Shown here: positions 1 to 9,562 of the stretch, piece after piece
How positions within the stretch are numbered: the first letter of the stretch is position 1
How the letters are laid out: each line of letters opens with the position of its first letter
Assembly: GCF_002006795.1 (NCBI RefSeq)
Contig: NZ_MVDN01000003.1
Location: 113,957-177,956, forward strand
DNA length: 64,000 nt
Source: Wohlfahrtiimonas populi
GTDB taxonomy: Bacteria > Pseudomonadota > Gammaproteobacteria > Cardiobacteriales > Wohlfahrtiimonadaceae
Reading direction: 5' to 3'
Notes under the pieces: model-generated
The model's input: the letters and a program-made list of their open reading frames with translations, nothing else
What the model was told of the DNA's origin: nothing
The model's database searches: none
Made by a program: the position numbers and the translations under genes

Positions 1-978
1 ATTGCAGGGATTTCTGTTTGTTTTTTGGTTGGCATCATTGCATTTTATTTAGGTAAAAGCTTTCCTTTAATTGGCGGTGCTGTATTTGGTATCACGATTG
101 GCATTGCTTTGAATGCAATTTTTTCCAAGCAATCTGAAATCATCAGCATCGGCACAAGCTTTACAGGCAAAAAATTCTTACATTACGCCATTATTTTATT
201 GGGCTTTGAGATGAGCATTCAGGAAGTTGTTTCTGTTGGCCTAAGCTCATTATGGATTATATTGTTCACACTATTGGCAACCTTTATCACAGCATACATT
301 GCAGCCAAAGCTTTGAAACTAGATTTTGTCACAGGGACATTGATTGGCGTTGGCACAAGTATTTGTGGCGGTTCAGCAATTGCCGCTACAGCACCTATCG
401 TAAGTGCGAGCAATCAACAAATATCTTATGCGATTGCCACAATCTTTTTATTCAACATCATTGCTGTCTTTCTCTTCCCTGCATTGGGTCATTTACTCAA
501 TATGAGCAATGAAGCTTTTGGTATTTGGGCAGGTACAGCGATTAACGATACATCCTCTGTATTGGCTGCTGCATATTCTTACAGTGATGAATCAGGTGCA
601 TTAGCAACGATTGTTAAACTCACACGCACATTGATGATCATTCCGATTACATTTGGTTTATCCATTTATATGGCAAAAGCACAAACTGCCAATGCTGATT
701 ATAAATTTGAACTCACTAAAGCAATTCCCTATTTCATTACAGGCTTCATCATCACAACTTTGATTAATTCTTTAGGCTTCATTCCAACAAACATCACACA
801 CTTTTTAGCACAATCAGGCAAATTCCTAATCATCGTTGCAATGGTTGGCATTGGCTTAAATACGGATCTTGCGAAATTACTCAGAAATGGCATCAAACCC
901 ATTATCATGGGCTTAATCTGTTGGATTGTATTATCTATCGTTGCGTTGATTGTGATGTATTTTATGGGCTATATTTAA
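1..978 (+). CDS. YeiH/UPF0324-family inner-membrane protein (putative sulfate exporter); 5' end probably truncated by the window edge
   Basis: ORF 25..978 is entirely hydrophobic with multiple TM segments and G-rich motifs typical of the YeiH family. The reading frame stays open back to base 1 and the first annotated codon is TTG. Confidence 0.55.
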   Translation: MAGISVCFLVGIIAFYLGKSFPLIGGAVFGITIGIALNAIFSKQSEIISIGTSFTGKKFLHYAIILLGFEMSIQEVVSVGLSSLWIILFTLLATFITAYIAAKALKLDFVTGTLIGVGTSICGGSAIAATAPIVSASNQQISYAIATIFLFNIIAVFLFPALGHLLNMSNEAFGIWAGTAINDTSSVLAAAYSYSDESGALATIVKLTRTLMIIPITFGLSIYMAKAQTANADYKFELTKAIPYFITGFIITTLINSLGFIPTNITHFLAQSGKFLIIVAMVGIGLNTDLAKLLRNGIKPIIMGLICWIVLSIVALIVMYFMGYI

Positions 979-995
979 CAGCAAGGAAAAATATC

Positions 996-1607
996 ATGCG
1001 CCGTTATATGTACACAATTGCTCTTTTGATCATTGCTATCCTTATAACTATTACTGATGCAAAATCTTTGCAAGATGGTGATATTATTTTCCAAACCTCT
1101 CGATCTTCCCAAAGCCAAGCAATACAACTTGTAACAAAATCCAAATATTCTCACATGGGTATTATCTTTCATAAAAAAGGACAGCCTTATGTTTTTGAGG
1201 CTGTTCAACCTGTTAAATCAACGCCCTTAAAAGAATGGATAGCGCGTGGTGAAAAAGGCCATTATGTTGTTAAACGCCTCAAAAATTCAGAACAAGTGCT
1301 CACACCGCAAAATAAATTGAAAATGCAGAAAATTGCCCAAGGTTTTCTAGGCAAATCTTATGATCAAACTTTTGAATGGAATGACCAAAAAATGTATTGC
1401 TCTGAAATTGTATGGAAAATTTACCAACGAGCAACAGGTATCGAAATTGGCACATTAGAACGTTTAGGTGATTTCGATTTATCACATCCAATCGTGCAAC
1501 AAAAAATCAAAGAGCGTTATGGCAAAAATATTCCCATGAACGAAACGGTCATTAGCCCTCAATCCATGTTTGAGAGCCCATTGTTGGAAACGGTGATTCA
1601 ATATTAA
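996..1607 (+). CDS. YiiX/YebB-like permuted papain-fold (DUF830) protein with N-terminal signal peptide
   Basis: An internal ATG at 996 gives MRRYMYTIALLIIAILITITDA, a signal peptide. The downstream motifs (DGDIIF, SHMGII, MYCSEIVWKIY) fit the permuted NlpC/P60-papain YiiX family. Confidence 0.45.
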   Translation: MRRYMYTIALLIIAILITITDAKSLQDGDIIFQTSRSSQSQAIQLVTKSKYSHMGIIFHKKGQPYVFEAVQPVKSTPLKEWIARGEKGHYVVKRLKNSEQVLTPQNKLKMQKIAQGFLGKSYDQTFEWNDQKMYCSEIVWKIYQRATGIEIGTLERLGDFDLSHPIVQQKIKERYGKNIPMNETVISPQSMFESPLLETVIQY

Positions 1608-2179
1608 TGAACAATATAGATAACGGTACCTTATTTACAATCGTCAAACAACATGATGAATTAATGTCTATTCTTTCCTTTATACAAGGCTATCATCATC
1701 TCAATATTTATATTGGTGCAGGACTCATTAGAAACATCACTTGGGCTTATCTACATGATATTGATATTTCTATAGAATCATCTGACATAGATCTTGTATA
1801 TTTTGATTCAGAAGATCACAACTTGATGCAATACCAAAGTTTCACAGAACACTTACAACTTCAATTTCCAAACATTCAGTGGGATATCACCAATCAAGCA
1901 AATGTTCACCAATGGTATGACAAATACTTTAGTAAAAAAATTGAAGCCTTCAGCTGTTTAGAAGAAGCAATTGCTACATGGCCTGAAACTGCCACTGCTG
2001 TTGCCATTAAGTTAAATAACAATAATGAATTAGATATTATTGCACCTTTTGGATTAGCTGATTTACTCCAAATGATCATCCGATGGAATCCTACCCTTGT
2101 AGATTACGCATACTATAAAAAACGGATTCAGCAAAAGCAATATTCAGCACAATGGCCTAAAGTCAAAATCATCTATTAA
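1607..2179 (+). CDS. nucleotidyltransferase-family protein (DUF925-like)
   Basis: 190-aa ORF whose start overlaps the previous stop (TAATG). It carries a G-rich loop followed by acidic DxD-type residues (IGAGLIRN...DIDLVYFD) reminiscent of the Pol-beta nucleotidyltransferase fold. Assignment rests on weak pattern recognition only. Confidence 0.3.
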   Translation: MNNIDNGTLFTIVKQHDELMSILSFIQGYHHLNIYIGAGLIRNITWAYLHDIDISIESSDIDLVYFDSEDHNLMQYQSFTEHLQLQFPNIQWDITNQANVHQWYDKYFSKKIEAFSCLEEAIATWPETATAVAIKLNNNNELDIIAPFGLADLLQMIIRWNPTLVDYAYYKKRIQQKQYSAQWPKVKIIY

Positions 2180-2202
2180 GCCAGCTCAAACTATTTCTAT
2201 AA

Positions 2203-2925
2203 CTAACTCGAAAAATCTGTACTCACAAAGTATTTATAGCGCATGCCAGGTGCTAAAAACTGGGCAACACTGATAATATTATTGCGATCCCATGTTCTTC
2301 TTGTAATGTATAGACATGGTTCACCTGCGGGGATTTCTAATAAATCCGCATGGATTTCTGTCGCAGCAACGGCTTCAATCGTTTGCTCCATACGGCTTAA
2401 GCCATGTTTCTCTAGTAAATAACCGCTTGGCGTAGTTTTCAGAAAGTCTTGCTCAATAAAATTTGGCACAAAAATCGGGTTCACATAGCGCTTTTCAATG
2501 ATCAACGGCTGACCATTTTCATAATGCACTAAATGGCAAAAATGCACACTAGAACCTGTAAAAATCCCTAAACCCAATGCAACATTTTCATCTGCACTGA
2601 CAACATCTTGCACCAATACTTTGATGGAATGTTTATTGCCACGCTTTGTAACTTCTAATGCAATATCCGTCACATTCGTAGCAGAGGCTGCTGCTTTCTC
2701 TGCTGTCACAAATGTCCCTTTACCCGGAATGCGTGTTAATACATTTTGCGCAGTTAAATCTGTAATGGCACGATTCACCGTCATTCGGCTCACTTCAAAC
2801 ATTGCAGACAGTTCCAATTCTGTTGGAATTTGCCCACCTTGTTTGAATAAACCTGAAGTAATTCCACTTAAGATGTAATTTTTTATATTTTTATATTTAG
2901 GAATTGCCATGGTGACTTTCTGCAT
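2203..2925 (-). CDS. hutC: histidine utilisation repressor HutC (GntR family, HTH + UTRA effector domain)
   Basis: 240 aa with an N-terminal GntR winged helix (ELELSAMFEVSRMTVNRAITDL) and a C-terminal UTRA-like domain. It lies immediately next to hutU, hutI, hutG and hutH. Confidence 0.85.
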   Translation of the reverse strand: MQKVTMAIPKYKNIKNYILSGITSGLFKQGGQIPTELELSAMFEVSRMTVNRAITDLTAQNVLTRIPGKGTFVTAEKAAASATNVTDIALEVTKRGNKHSIKVLVQDVVSADENVALGLGIFTGSSVHFCHLVHYENGQPLIIEKRYVNPIFVPNFIEQDFLKTTPSGYLLEKHGLSRMEQTIEAVAATEIHADLLEIPAGEPCLYITRRTWDRNNIISVAQFLAPGMRYKYFVSTDFSS

Positions 2926-3065
2926 AATTTCTCTTTAGCCAAATTAAGTTAATCAGTGATTTTCCTATTATTGCATACAACATAAAAGAAAGGTGCTAGA
3001 TTTCAGTTTATCACCAAAACCTAGCACCTTTTTGTTTCACGCTAGAAATATATCACTTTTTAGCA

Positions 3066-3092
3066 TCCTTCCCTCCGGGAAGGATGCGGATA
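3066..3092. terminator. GC-rich perfect hairpin (11-bp stem GCATCCTTCCC/GGGAAGGATGC, 3-nt loop) between hutU stop and hutC start
   Basis: Read directly from the sequence. There is no clean T-tract, so this may be a weak terminator, attenuator or REP-like element. Confidence 0.3.
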
Positions 3093-3126
3093 AGCTTATT
3101 TTGAGCCGATTTACTATAAAAACTAA

Positions 3127-5154
3127 TTATTTCTTGGTTTTCTCTGCAACAACACGCTTAACCAAGTCATCACAAGGAATGTATGGCAATGTGATATGGC
3201 CTTTGCCTGCGTAGTTTTTATTGTATTCAACGCTCGTTGCGATTGAGTTAGGATTTCTCGCCCAACTTCTTCTTGCAACGCCGCCCATTACATCCCACAT
3301 CATTGCTGATTCGATGATCTTAGCAGCACGGTCAGAGCCATCCAATACCATACCAAAACCACCATTGATGGATTTACCGATACCAACGCCACCGCCATTA
3401 TGCAATGCAACTAAGCTCATGCCACGTGCTGCATTTCCTGCGAAGCACTGAGTTGCCATATCTGCCATCACATTACTACCATCTTTGATGTTAGAAGTTT
3501 CGCGGAATGGTGAATCCGTACCTGAAACGTCATGGTGATCACGGCCTAACATGACTGGGCCAATTTCACCATTTTTGATCATTTCATTGAAGCGTAATGC
3601 GATCTTTGTGCGGCCTTCAGCATCTTGATACAAAATACGAGCTTGTGTACCCACAACCATTTTGTTCTTCTCTGCATCACGGATCCAGATCCAGTTATCA
3701 CGATCTTGTCCACGGCGATTAGGATCAATACAATCCATTGCAGCTTGGTCAGTTTTGCGCAAATCTTCAGGATTGCCTGATAAGCAAACCCAGCGGAATG
3801 GACCATAACCGTAGTCAAACAATTCAGGACCTAAGATATCTTCAACGTATGAAGGATAGATAAAGCCATCTTTCTCATCGTAACCATTCTTAGAAACTTC
3901 TGTAACACCTGCATCATAAACAGATTTCAAGAATGCATTACCATAATCGAAGAAGTAAGAACCATTTTCTGATAATTTTTGAATCATTTCGAAATGCTTA
4001 CGCAATGAAGCATTCACTAAACCAATAAATTTCTCACGATCATTTGCCAACATTGCTGTTCTTTCTTCAAAAGAAACGCCTTGTGGGCAGTAACCGCCAT
4101 CATAAACGTTGTGGCAAGATGTTTGATCAGACAATAAAGGAATGTGAATATTGTTTTCTACCGCATATTCCAATAGATCCACAATGTTACCGTGGTAAGC
4201 GATAGAAATTGTTTCTTTCTTGTCCAAATACTCTTGTGCTGTATCAAATACTTCTTTCAAGTTAGAGCTTGCTAAAGAAACCCAACCTTGATCCAAACGT
4301 GTTTGAATACGAGAGAAATCCACTTCTGCAACGATACCAACACCGTTTGCAATTTCAATCGCTTTAGGTTGCGCGCCACTCATGCCACCCAAGCCACTTG
4401 TTACGAACAATACGCCTTTTAAATCTTGATCATCTTTCAAACCTAATTTCAAACGACCTGCATTTAAAATTGTATTGAATGTACCATGAACAATACCTTG
4501 TGGCCCGATGTACATCCAACCGCCAGCTGTCATTTGACCATAGTTAGCAACACCCATTTGTTCAGCAATTTCCCAATCTTTTGGATTGTCGAACATACCG
4601 ATCATCAATGAGTTTGTGATGATTACGCGCGGCGCATCTGGTTTAGATGGGAATAAACCCAAAGGATGACCTGATTGCACAACCAATGTTTGGTCCTGCG
4701 TCATCACTTCTAGATATTTTTTAATGAGGCGATATTGCAACCAGTTTTGGCAAACTTGGCCAGTTTCACCATAAGTCACCAATTCATATGGATACAAGCT
4801 GATTTCAAAGTCTAAGTTGTTATCCATCATCACTTGCATTGATTTACCTTCAACACAAGCGCCTTTATACTCTTCTATGCCTTTACCATAAATGCGGCCT
4901 TCAGGACGGAAACGATAAGCATAGATACGGCCATAAGACACCAATTCTTCCATGAATTCTGGCGCTAATGTTTCATGCAATTCTTCAGGCACATAACGCA
5001 AAGCATTTTTCAAAGCCACTTCTGCTTGTGCTTGTGTTAGACGAAAGCCACGATTTGGTGCACGTCTATATTGTGGATCAAACGCTGGATATTCTGGCAA
5101 TGTGTTATCTAATTTGATTTCCATCGCTTGGGACACATCATAATTCGTTGTCAT
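3127..5154 (-). CDS. hutU: urocanate hydratase (long ~675-aa form)
   Basis: Conserved urocanase blocks are present (GQMTAGGWMYIGPQGIVHGTF, SGLGGMSGAQPKA, LSDQTSCHN, GPFRWVCLSGNPEDL, LHNGGGVGIGKS). The 675-aa length matches the long urocanase lineage rather than the ~557-aa Pseudomonas form. Confidence 0.9.
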   Translation of the reverse strand: MTTNYDVSQAMEIKLDNTLPEYPAFDPQYRRAPNRGFRLTQAQAEVALKNALRYVPEELHETLAPEFMEELVSYGRIYAYRFRPEGRIYGKGIEEYKGACVEGKSMQVMMDNNLDFEISLYPYELVTYGETGQVCQNWLQYRLIKKYLEVMTQDQTLVVQSGHPLGLFPSKPDAPRVIITNSLMIGMFDNPKDWEIAEQMGVANYGQMTAGGWMYIGPQGIVHGTFNTILNAGRLKLGLKDDQDLKGVLFVTSGLGGMSGAQPKAIEIANGVGIVAEVDFSRIQTRLDQGWVSLASSNLKEVFDTAQEYLDKKETISIAYHGNIVDLLEYAVENNIHIPLLSDQTSCHNVYDGGYCPQGVSFEERTAMLANDREKFIGLVNASLRKHFEMIQKLSENGSYFFDYGNAFLKSVYDAGVTEVSKNGYDEKDGFIYPSYVEDILGPELFDYGYGPFRWVCLSGNPEDLRKTDQAAMDCIDPNRRGQDRDNWIWIRDAEKNKMVVGTQARILYQDAEGRTKIALRFNEMIKNGEIGPVMLGRDHHDVSGTDSPFRETSNIKDGSNVMADMATQCFAGNAARGMSLVALHNGGGVGIGKSINGGFGMVLDGSDRAAKIIESAMMWDVMGGVARRSWARNPNSIATSVEYNKNYAGKGHITLPYIPCDDLVKRVVAEKTKK

Positions 5155-5194
5155 TGTTACCCTCCTAAAAATATAAAGTAATTTATGCTAAACA

Positions 5195-5206
5195 TTGTCT
5201 ATACAA
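5195..5206. promoter_or_regulatory. putative HutC operator half-palindrome TTGTCTATACAA (core TGTCTATACA) ~40 bp upstream of hutU
   Basis: The 10-mer TGTCTATACA occurs twice in the hutU/hutI divergent intergenic region. It fits the GT-N-TA-N-AC consensus of HutC/FarR-type GntR regulators. Confidence 0.4.
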
Positions 5207-5503
5207 ATATAAAGGATTTTTTTTGTTTGTCTAATAATAAAATGTATTCTTTCTAAATTCTATGCATCAATCAACTTATCATACTGAAAAATATTGAATA
5301 AATTAGATATAAACTTTCAATATAAATTACATTCTCACTTCATGAGAAAGCTTTAACAAAGTTGTATAGCAATTCCACTATACATTTTCAAAGAATATTA
5401 ATATTAAAAATATAATTGATTTTAAAAGAATAAATTTTTTATTTGCATAAATTTCTTGATAATTACATTCTTTAATGATCTAATCATTTCAGTTTACAGA
5501 CAA

Positions 5504-5515
5504 ATGTCTATACAT
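5504..5515. promoter_or_regulatory. second copy of putative HutC operator ATGTCTATACAT ~100 bp upstream of hutI
   Basis: Identical 10-mer core TGTCTATACA in the same AT-rich divergent promoter region, 5155-5615. Confidence 0.4.
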
Positions 5516-5615
5516 AATATTGTAGTCAAAAGCTTGTGAAAGCATTTTTAAGGGTTATACATTCGTATGATCTGAATCTATAATGTTGTTATTGAATTAG
5601 TATTGATAAAGGCGG

Positions 5616-6848
5616 ATGGCAATGAAACTCCCAAATAACTGCACAATTTGGACTAATGGCAGATTAATGACAATGGATCCAACCATTGATCAAGAATATG
5701 GTTTATTGGATCAACATGACATCATCACTCATGATGATAAAATCATTGCGGTATTACCATCTGCAACTTATACAAAACCAGCTGATGCAACTACAGTTGA
5801 TTTAGAAAACCGCTTAGTCACACCAGGTTTTATTGATTGCCATACCCACCTAGTATTCGGTGGCAATCGTGCGAAAGAGTGGGAAATGCGTTTAAATGGC
5901 GTGCCTTATATTGAGATCGCAAAACAAGGCGGTGGCATTAATTCAACAGTTCGTAATACTCGCGAATTATCTGAGCAAGCTCTGCATGATTTAGCTTTCC
6001 CACGCATGCAATCCTTGGCAAATGAAGGTGTCACAACCATTGAATCTAAATCAGGCTATGGCTTGGATCTAGAAAATGAACGTAAGCAATTAAAAGTATC
6101 ACAAGACTTAGCTAAAAATTACCCAATCGAAATCGCATCCACACTATTATCAGCGCATGCTGTACCACCAGAATATAAAGACAAAGCAGATGAATACATT
6201 GATTTCATTTGCGAAACCATCATGCCAACATTATGGCAAGAAGGTTTATATGAAGCAGTGGATGTATTTTGTGAATCCGTTGGCTTCTCTCTAGAGCAAA
6301 CTAAAAAAGTATTTGATCGCGCTAAAGAGCTAGGCATTCCTGTGAAAGGTCACATGGAGCAAATGTCTAACTTAGGTGGCAGTGAACTCATTGCTAAATA
6401 CAATGGTTTATCTGTAGATCATATTGAATTTCTAGATGAAGCAGCGATTAAAGCCATTTCACAATCAGGCACAGTGGCAACACTATTACCTTTAGCTTTC
6501 TATTTCTTACGCGAAACTCAAAAACCACCCATTGCTTTATTAAGACAATATAAAGTACCAATGGCAATCTCTACAGACTTTAATCCTGGCACAAGCCCAT
6601 TTACTTCTATCCGCTTTGCGATGAATGCAGCTTCTGTACAGTTTGGCTTAACACCTTTAGAAGTCATGGAAGGTGTGACAAGAAATGCAGCCCAAGCTTT
6701 AGGCCGAAAAGAGACACACGGACAACTAAAACAAGATTTTGTTGCTAACTTTGCAGTTTGGAACGTACAAAATCCTGTCGAAATATTTTATGAACTTGGA
6801 CACAATCCACTCGTTCATCGCGTTTTTCATGGCAAAATCGCGCAATAA
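5616..6848 (+). CDS. hutI: imidazolonepropionase
   Basis: 410 aa with metal-dependent amidohydrolase motifs (DCHTHLVFGG, KGHMEQ, DFNPGTSP) and hut operon context. Confidence 0.9.
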   Translation: MAMKLPNNCTIWTNGRLMTMDPTIDQEYGLLDQHDIITHDDKIIAVLPSATYTKPADATTVDLENRLVTPGFIDCHTHLVFGGNRAKEWEMRLNGVPYIEIAKQGGGINSTVRNTRELSEQALHDLAFPRMQSLANEGVTTIESKSGYGLDLENERKQLKVSQDLAKNYPIEIASTLLSAHAVPPEYKDKADEYIDFICETIMPTLWQEGLYEAVDVFCESVGFSLEQTKKVFDRAKELGIPVKGHMEQMSNLGGSELIAKYNGLSVDHIEFLDEAAIKAISQSGTVATLLPLAFYFLRETQKPPIALLRQYKVPMAISTDFNPGTSPFTSIRFAMNAASVQFGLTPLEVMEGVTRNAAQALGRKETHGQLKQDFVANFAVWNVQNPVEIFYELGHNPLVHRVFHGKIAQ

Positions 6849-6873
6849 CGCATAATACTTTGAGGAGAACACT

Positions 6874-7836
6874 ATGCAGTTTTGGGAACAAACACCAGAG
6901 AACATTTGGCAAGGTCGCGATGATTCAGCGGAAAGCCCAAGTGCTAAAAGAATTTTCCAAACCGTTCAACAAGCATCTGTTTTTGCACCTGAAAAATATC
7001 CTAATCACATTGCATTGATGGGATTCATGTGCGACAAAGGTGTTGAACTGAATAAAGGACGCGTTGGCGCTGCAACTGCACCGAATATTATTCGCCAAGG
7101 CATGGCAAACTTTGCTGATCATGAAGCAACTAAACCTTTAGTGGATTTGGGCAACGTGATTTTCCAAGGGGATTCTCTACCTGCTGTACAAGCAGCATTT
7201 GCTGAGCATATCACTGCTTGCCATCAAAATGGCTTACCAACATTAGTGTTTGGTGGTGGTCATGAAACTGCTTATGCTCATGCCAAAGGTTTATATGATG
7301 CTTATCCTGATGCACGCATTGGCATCATCAACTTTGATGCTCACTTAGATGTTCGTAAAGCTAATACCGCATCGTCAGGAACACCATTTAAACAATTGGC
7401 AGAAGAGTGCCAAAACAGCAATCGCCCATTTAACTATTTATGCGTTGGTGTTAGCCGTGCTTCTAATACAAAAGCATTACTCGATACCGCCAATGAATTG
7501 AACGTTAAAATCATTTGGGATACAGAATGCACAGAAGGCAATATTGCAAATCTCAACAATCAAGTGAATGCATTCTTAGCTGATTTAGATGTTGTGTATT
7601 TAACCATTGATTTGGATGCCCTACCATTTGCAGAAATGTTTGCTGTATCTGCACCAAGTACTTTGGGCGTTCGCACACAAATTTATTTAATTTTGGCAGA
7701 AACCATCATCAGCTCCAATAAATTGAAAGCTGTTGATTTGGTTGAATACAATCCAAGTTTAGATCGTGACATGTTATGCGCTAAAACAGCAGCACGCATC
7801 GCATGGCACATCTACAATAGCTGGGCAAATAACTAA
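6874..7836 (+). CDS. hutG: formimidoylglutamase (arginase/ureohydrolase fold)
   Basis: 320 aa with arginase-family motifs (GGGHETAYAH, INFDAHLDVR, TIDLDALP). A GAGGAG RBS precedes it, and it lies between hutI and hutH. Confidence 0.85.
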   Translation: MQFWEQTPENIWQGRDDSAESPSAKRIFQTVQQASVFAPEKYPNHIALMGFMCDKGVELNKGRVGAATAPNIIRQGMANFADHEATKPLVDLGNVIFQGDSLPAVQAAFAEHITACHQNGLPTLVFGGGHETAYAHAKGLYDAYPDARIGIINFDAHLDVRKANTASSGTPFKQLAEECQNSNRPFNYLCVGVSRASNTKALLDTANELNVKIIWDTECTEGNIANLNNQVNAFLADLDVVYLTIDLDALPFAEMFAVSAPSTLGVRTQIYLILAETIISSNKLKAVDLVEYNPSLDRDMLCAKTAARIAWHIYNSWANN

Positions 7837-7905
7837 AATAATAACCCGCTCAAAAATATTATAAACATCGCCTTACACACAGTTACGTAAAGTAGAGGAT
7901 CAATT

Positions 7906-9444
7906 ATGACTGTAATTAAAATTGACGGAAATAGCTTAACGCTTGATAACGTTGTAGAAGTTGCTCGTTTAGGTGCAACTGTTGAACTAACCGCTGAATC
8001 CATTAAAAGTATTGATATTTCTCGTCAATACGTTGATGAATTAGTTGAATCTGGTGAAATCGTTTACGGTATCACAACAGGTTTTGGTAACTTCAGTAAT
8101 GTTCACATTTCTAAAGATCAAGCCAAAGATCTACAGCGCAACTTAATCATCAGCCATTCATGTGGCGTGGGCGATTATTTGCCAACAGATGCAGTGCGTG
8201 CAATGATGCTACTTCGCATCAACAACCTAGCTAAAGGCTATTCAGGCATTCGCTTGAGCACAATCGAAACTTTGATGAACATGTTGAATAAAGGCGTTCA
8301 TCCAAAGATTTTTGAAAAAGGCTCATTAGGCGCGAGTGGCGACTTAGTACCGTTAGCACACATGGTTCTACCAATGATCGGCGAAGGTGAAGCAGAATAC
8401 CAAGGTGAAATTTTACCTGGTAAAGAAGCTATGGCAAAAGCTGGCATTCCAATCATTGAATTAACATCGAAAGAAGGTTTAGCATTGATCAATGGCACGC
8501 AAGCAATGACTGCTGTCGGTGCATTGACTTGTTATGATGCGATCAAACTATTGAAAGCAAGTGATATTGCGGTTGCTTTGACAATGGAAGCATTGAATGG
8601 CATCACAGATCCATTCATCCCTGAATTGCATGCACTTCGCCCACATCCAGGACAAGGTGCTTCAGCACAGAACTTATTATCTTTGTTAGCTAATAGTGAA
8701 CGCACAACGCATCAAGGCGATATTCGCGTACAAGATGCTTATGTATTACGTTGCGCACCACAAATTCACGGTGCTAGCCATGATGCGATTGAATATGTAC
8801 GTCGCAAAGTAGACATTGAAATCAACTCAGTAACAGACAACCCAATCATCCTAGTGGATAAAAAAATGGGGATTTCTGGCGGGCATTTCCACGGTCAGCC
8901 AATGGCATTGGCTTTCGATTTCTTAGGCATTGCTTTAGCTGAATTGGCTAACGTGAGTGAGCGCCGCATTGAGCGTTTAGTAAACCCTGCTTTGAATAAC
9001 GGCTTACCTGCATTCTTGACAGAGCAAGGTGGTTTACATTCTGGCTTTATGATCGTGCAATATGCAGCGGCATCTTTAGTTTCTGAAAACAAAGTGCTAG
9101 CACATCCTGCAAGCGTGGATTCTATTCCATCTTCTGCAAACCAAGAAGATCATGTAAGCATGGGCACAATCGCTGCACGCAAAGCGCAAAGCATCTACAA
9201 AAATGCCAAAGCAGTTGTTGGCATGGAATTGATGTTAGCAAGCCAAGCAGTTGATTTAAACAAAAAAGATGCGGGTAAAGCTTTAGGCACAGGCACAAAA
9301 GCTGCGTACGATACTATTCGTTCACAAATCCCAACTTTGACGGAAGATCGCGTAATCTATCCTGACATCCACAAATCAGCAGATTTGTTAGAAACAGATC
9401 TAGTGGACAATGTAGAGAAAGCTCTCGGCTTCTCTTTAAGCTAA
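7906..9444 (+). CDS. hutH: histidine ammonia-lyase
   Basis: 512 aa carrying the MIO-forming ASG triad context (GSLGASGDLVPLAH) and the typical HAL C-terminal region. Confidence 0.9.
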   Translation: MTVIKIDGNSLTLDNVVEVARLGATVELTAESIKSIDISRQYVDELVESGEIVYGITTGFGNFSNVHISKDQAKDLQRNLIISHSCGVGDYLPTDAVRAMMLLRINNLAKGYSGIRLSTIETLMNMLNKGVHPKIFEKGSLGASGDLVPLAHMVLPMIGEGEAEYQGEILPGKEAMAKAGIPIIELTSKEGLALINGTQAMTAVGALTCYDAIKLLKASDIAVALTMEALNGITDPFIPELHALRPHPGQGASAQNLLSLLANSERTTHQGDIRVQDAYVLRCAPQIHGASHDAIEYVRRKVDIEINSVTDNPIILVDKKMGISGGHFHGQPMALAFDFLGIALAELANVSERRIERLVNPALNNGLPAFLTEQGGLHSGFMIVQYAAASLVSENKVLAHPASVDSIPSSANQEDHVSMGTIAARKAQSIYKNAKAVVGMELMLASQAVDLNKKDAGKALGTGTKAAYDTIRSQIPTLTEDRVIYPDIHKSADLLETDLVDNVEKALGFSLS

Positions 9445-9478
9445 TCGCATAAATTATTAGCAAATTCTTATTATAAAT

Positions 9479-9520
9479 ATAAGCCTAACAACTCTGTATG
9501 TTAGGCTTAGCAGATTTTTT
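9479..9520 (+). terminator. hairpin (AAGCCTAACA...TGTTAGGCTT) followed by a T-run between hutH and the permease gene; possible partial terminator or attenuator
   Basis: 10-bp inverted repeat with an 8-nt loop, then AGCAGATTTTTT. Confidence 0.3.
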
Positions 9521-9562
9521 CGTGCAAAAAATATTTTGCATATCCATTGGAGGATTTCATTA

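Noticed and set aside
921-1607. Longer N-terminal extension of the YiiX-like ORF starting at 921
   Set aside because: It overlaps the end of the YeiH-like gene. The internal ATG at 996 gives a canonical signal peptide, so the extension is probably not translated.
5155-5615. 460-bp AT-rich non-coding stretch considered as a possible integration site or prophage remnant
   Set aside because: There are no repeats, integrase or tRNA. Its position between divergent hutU and hutI, together with the duplicated operator-like motif, fits a regulatory region.
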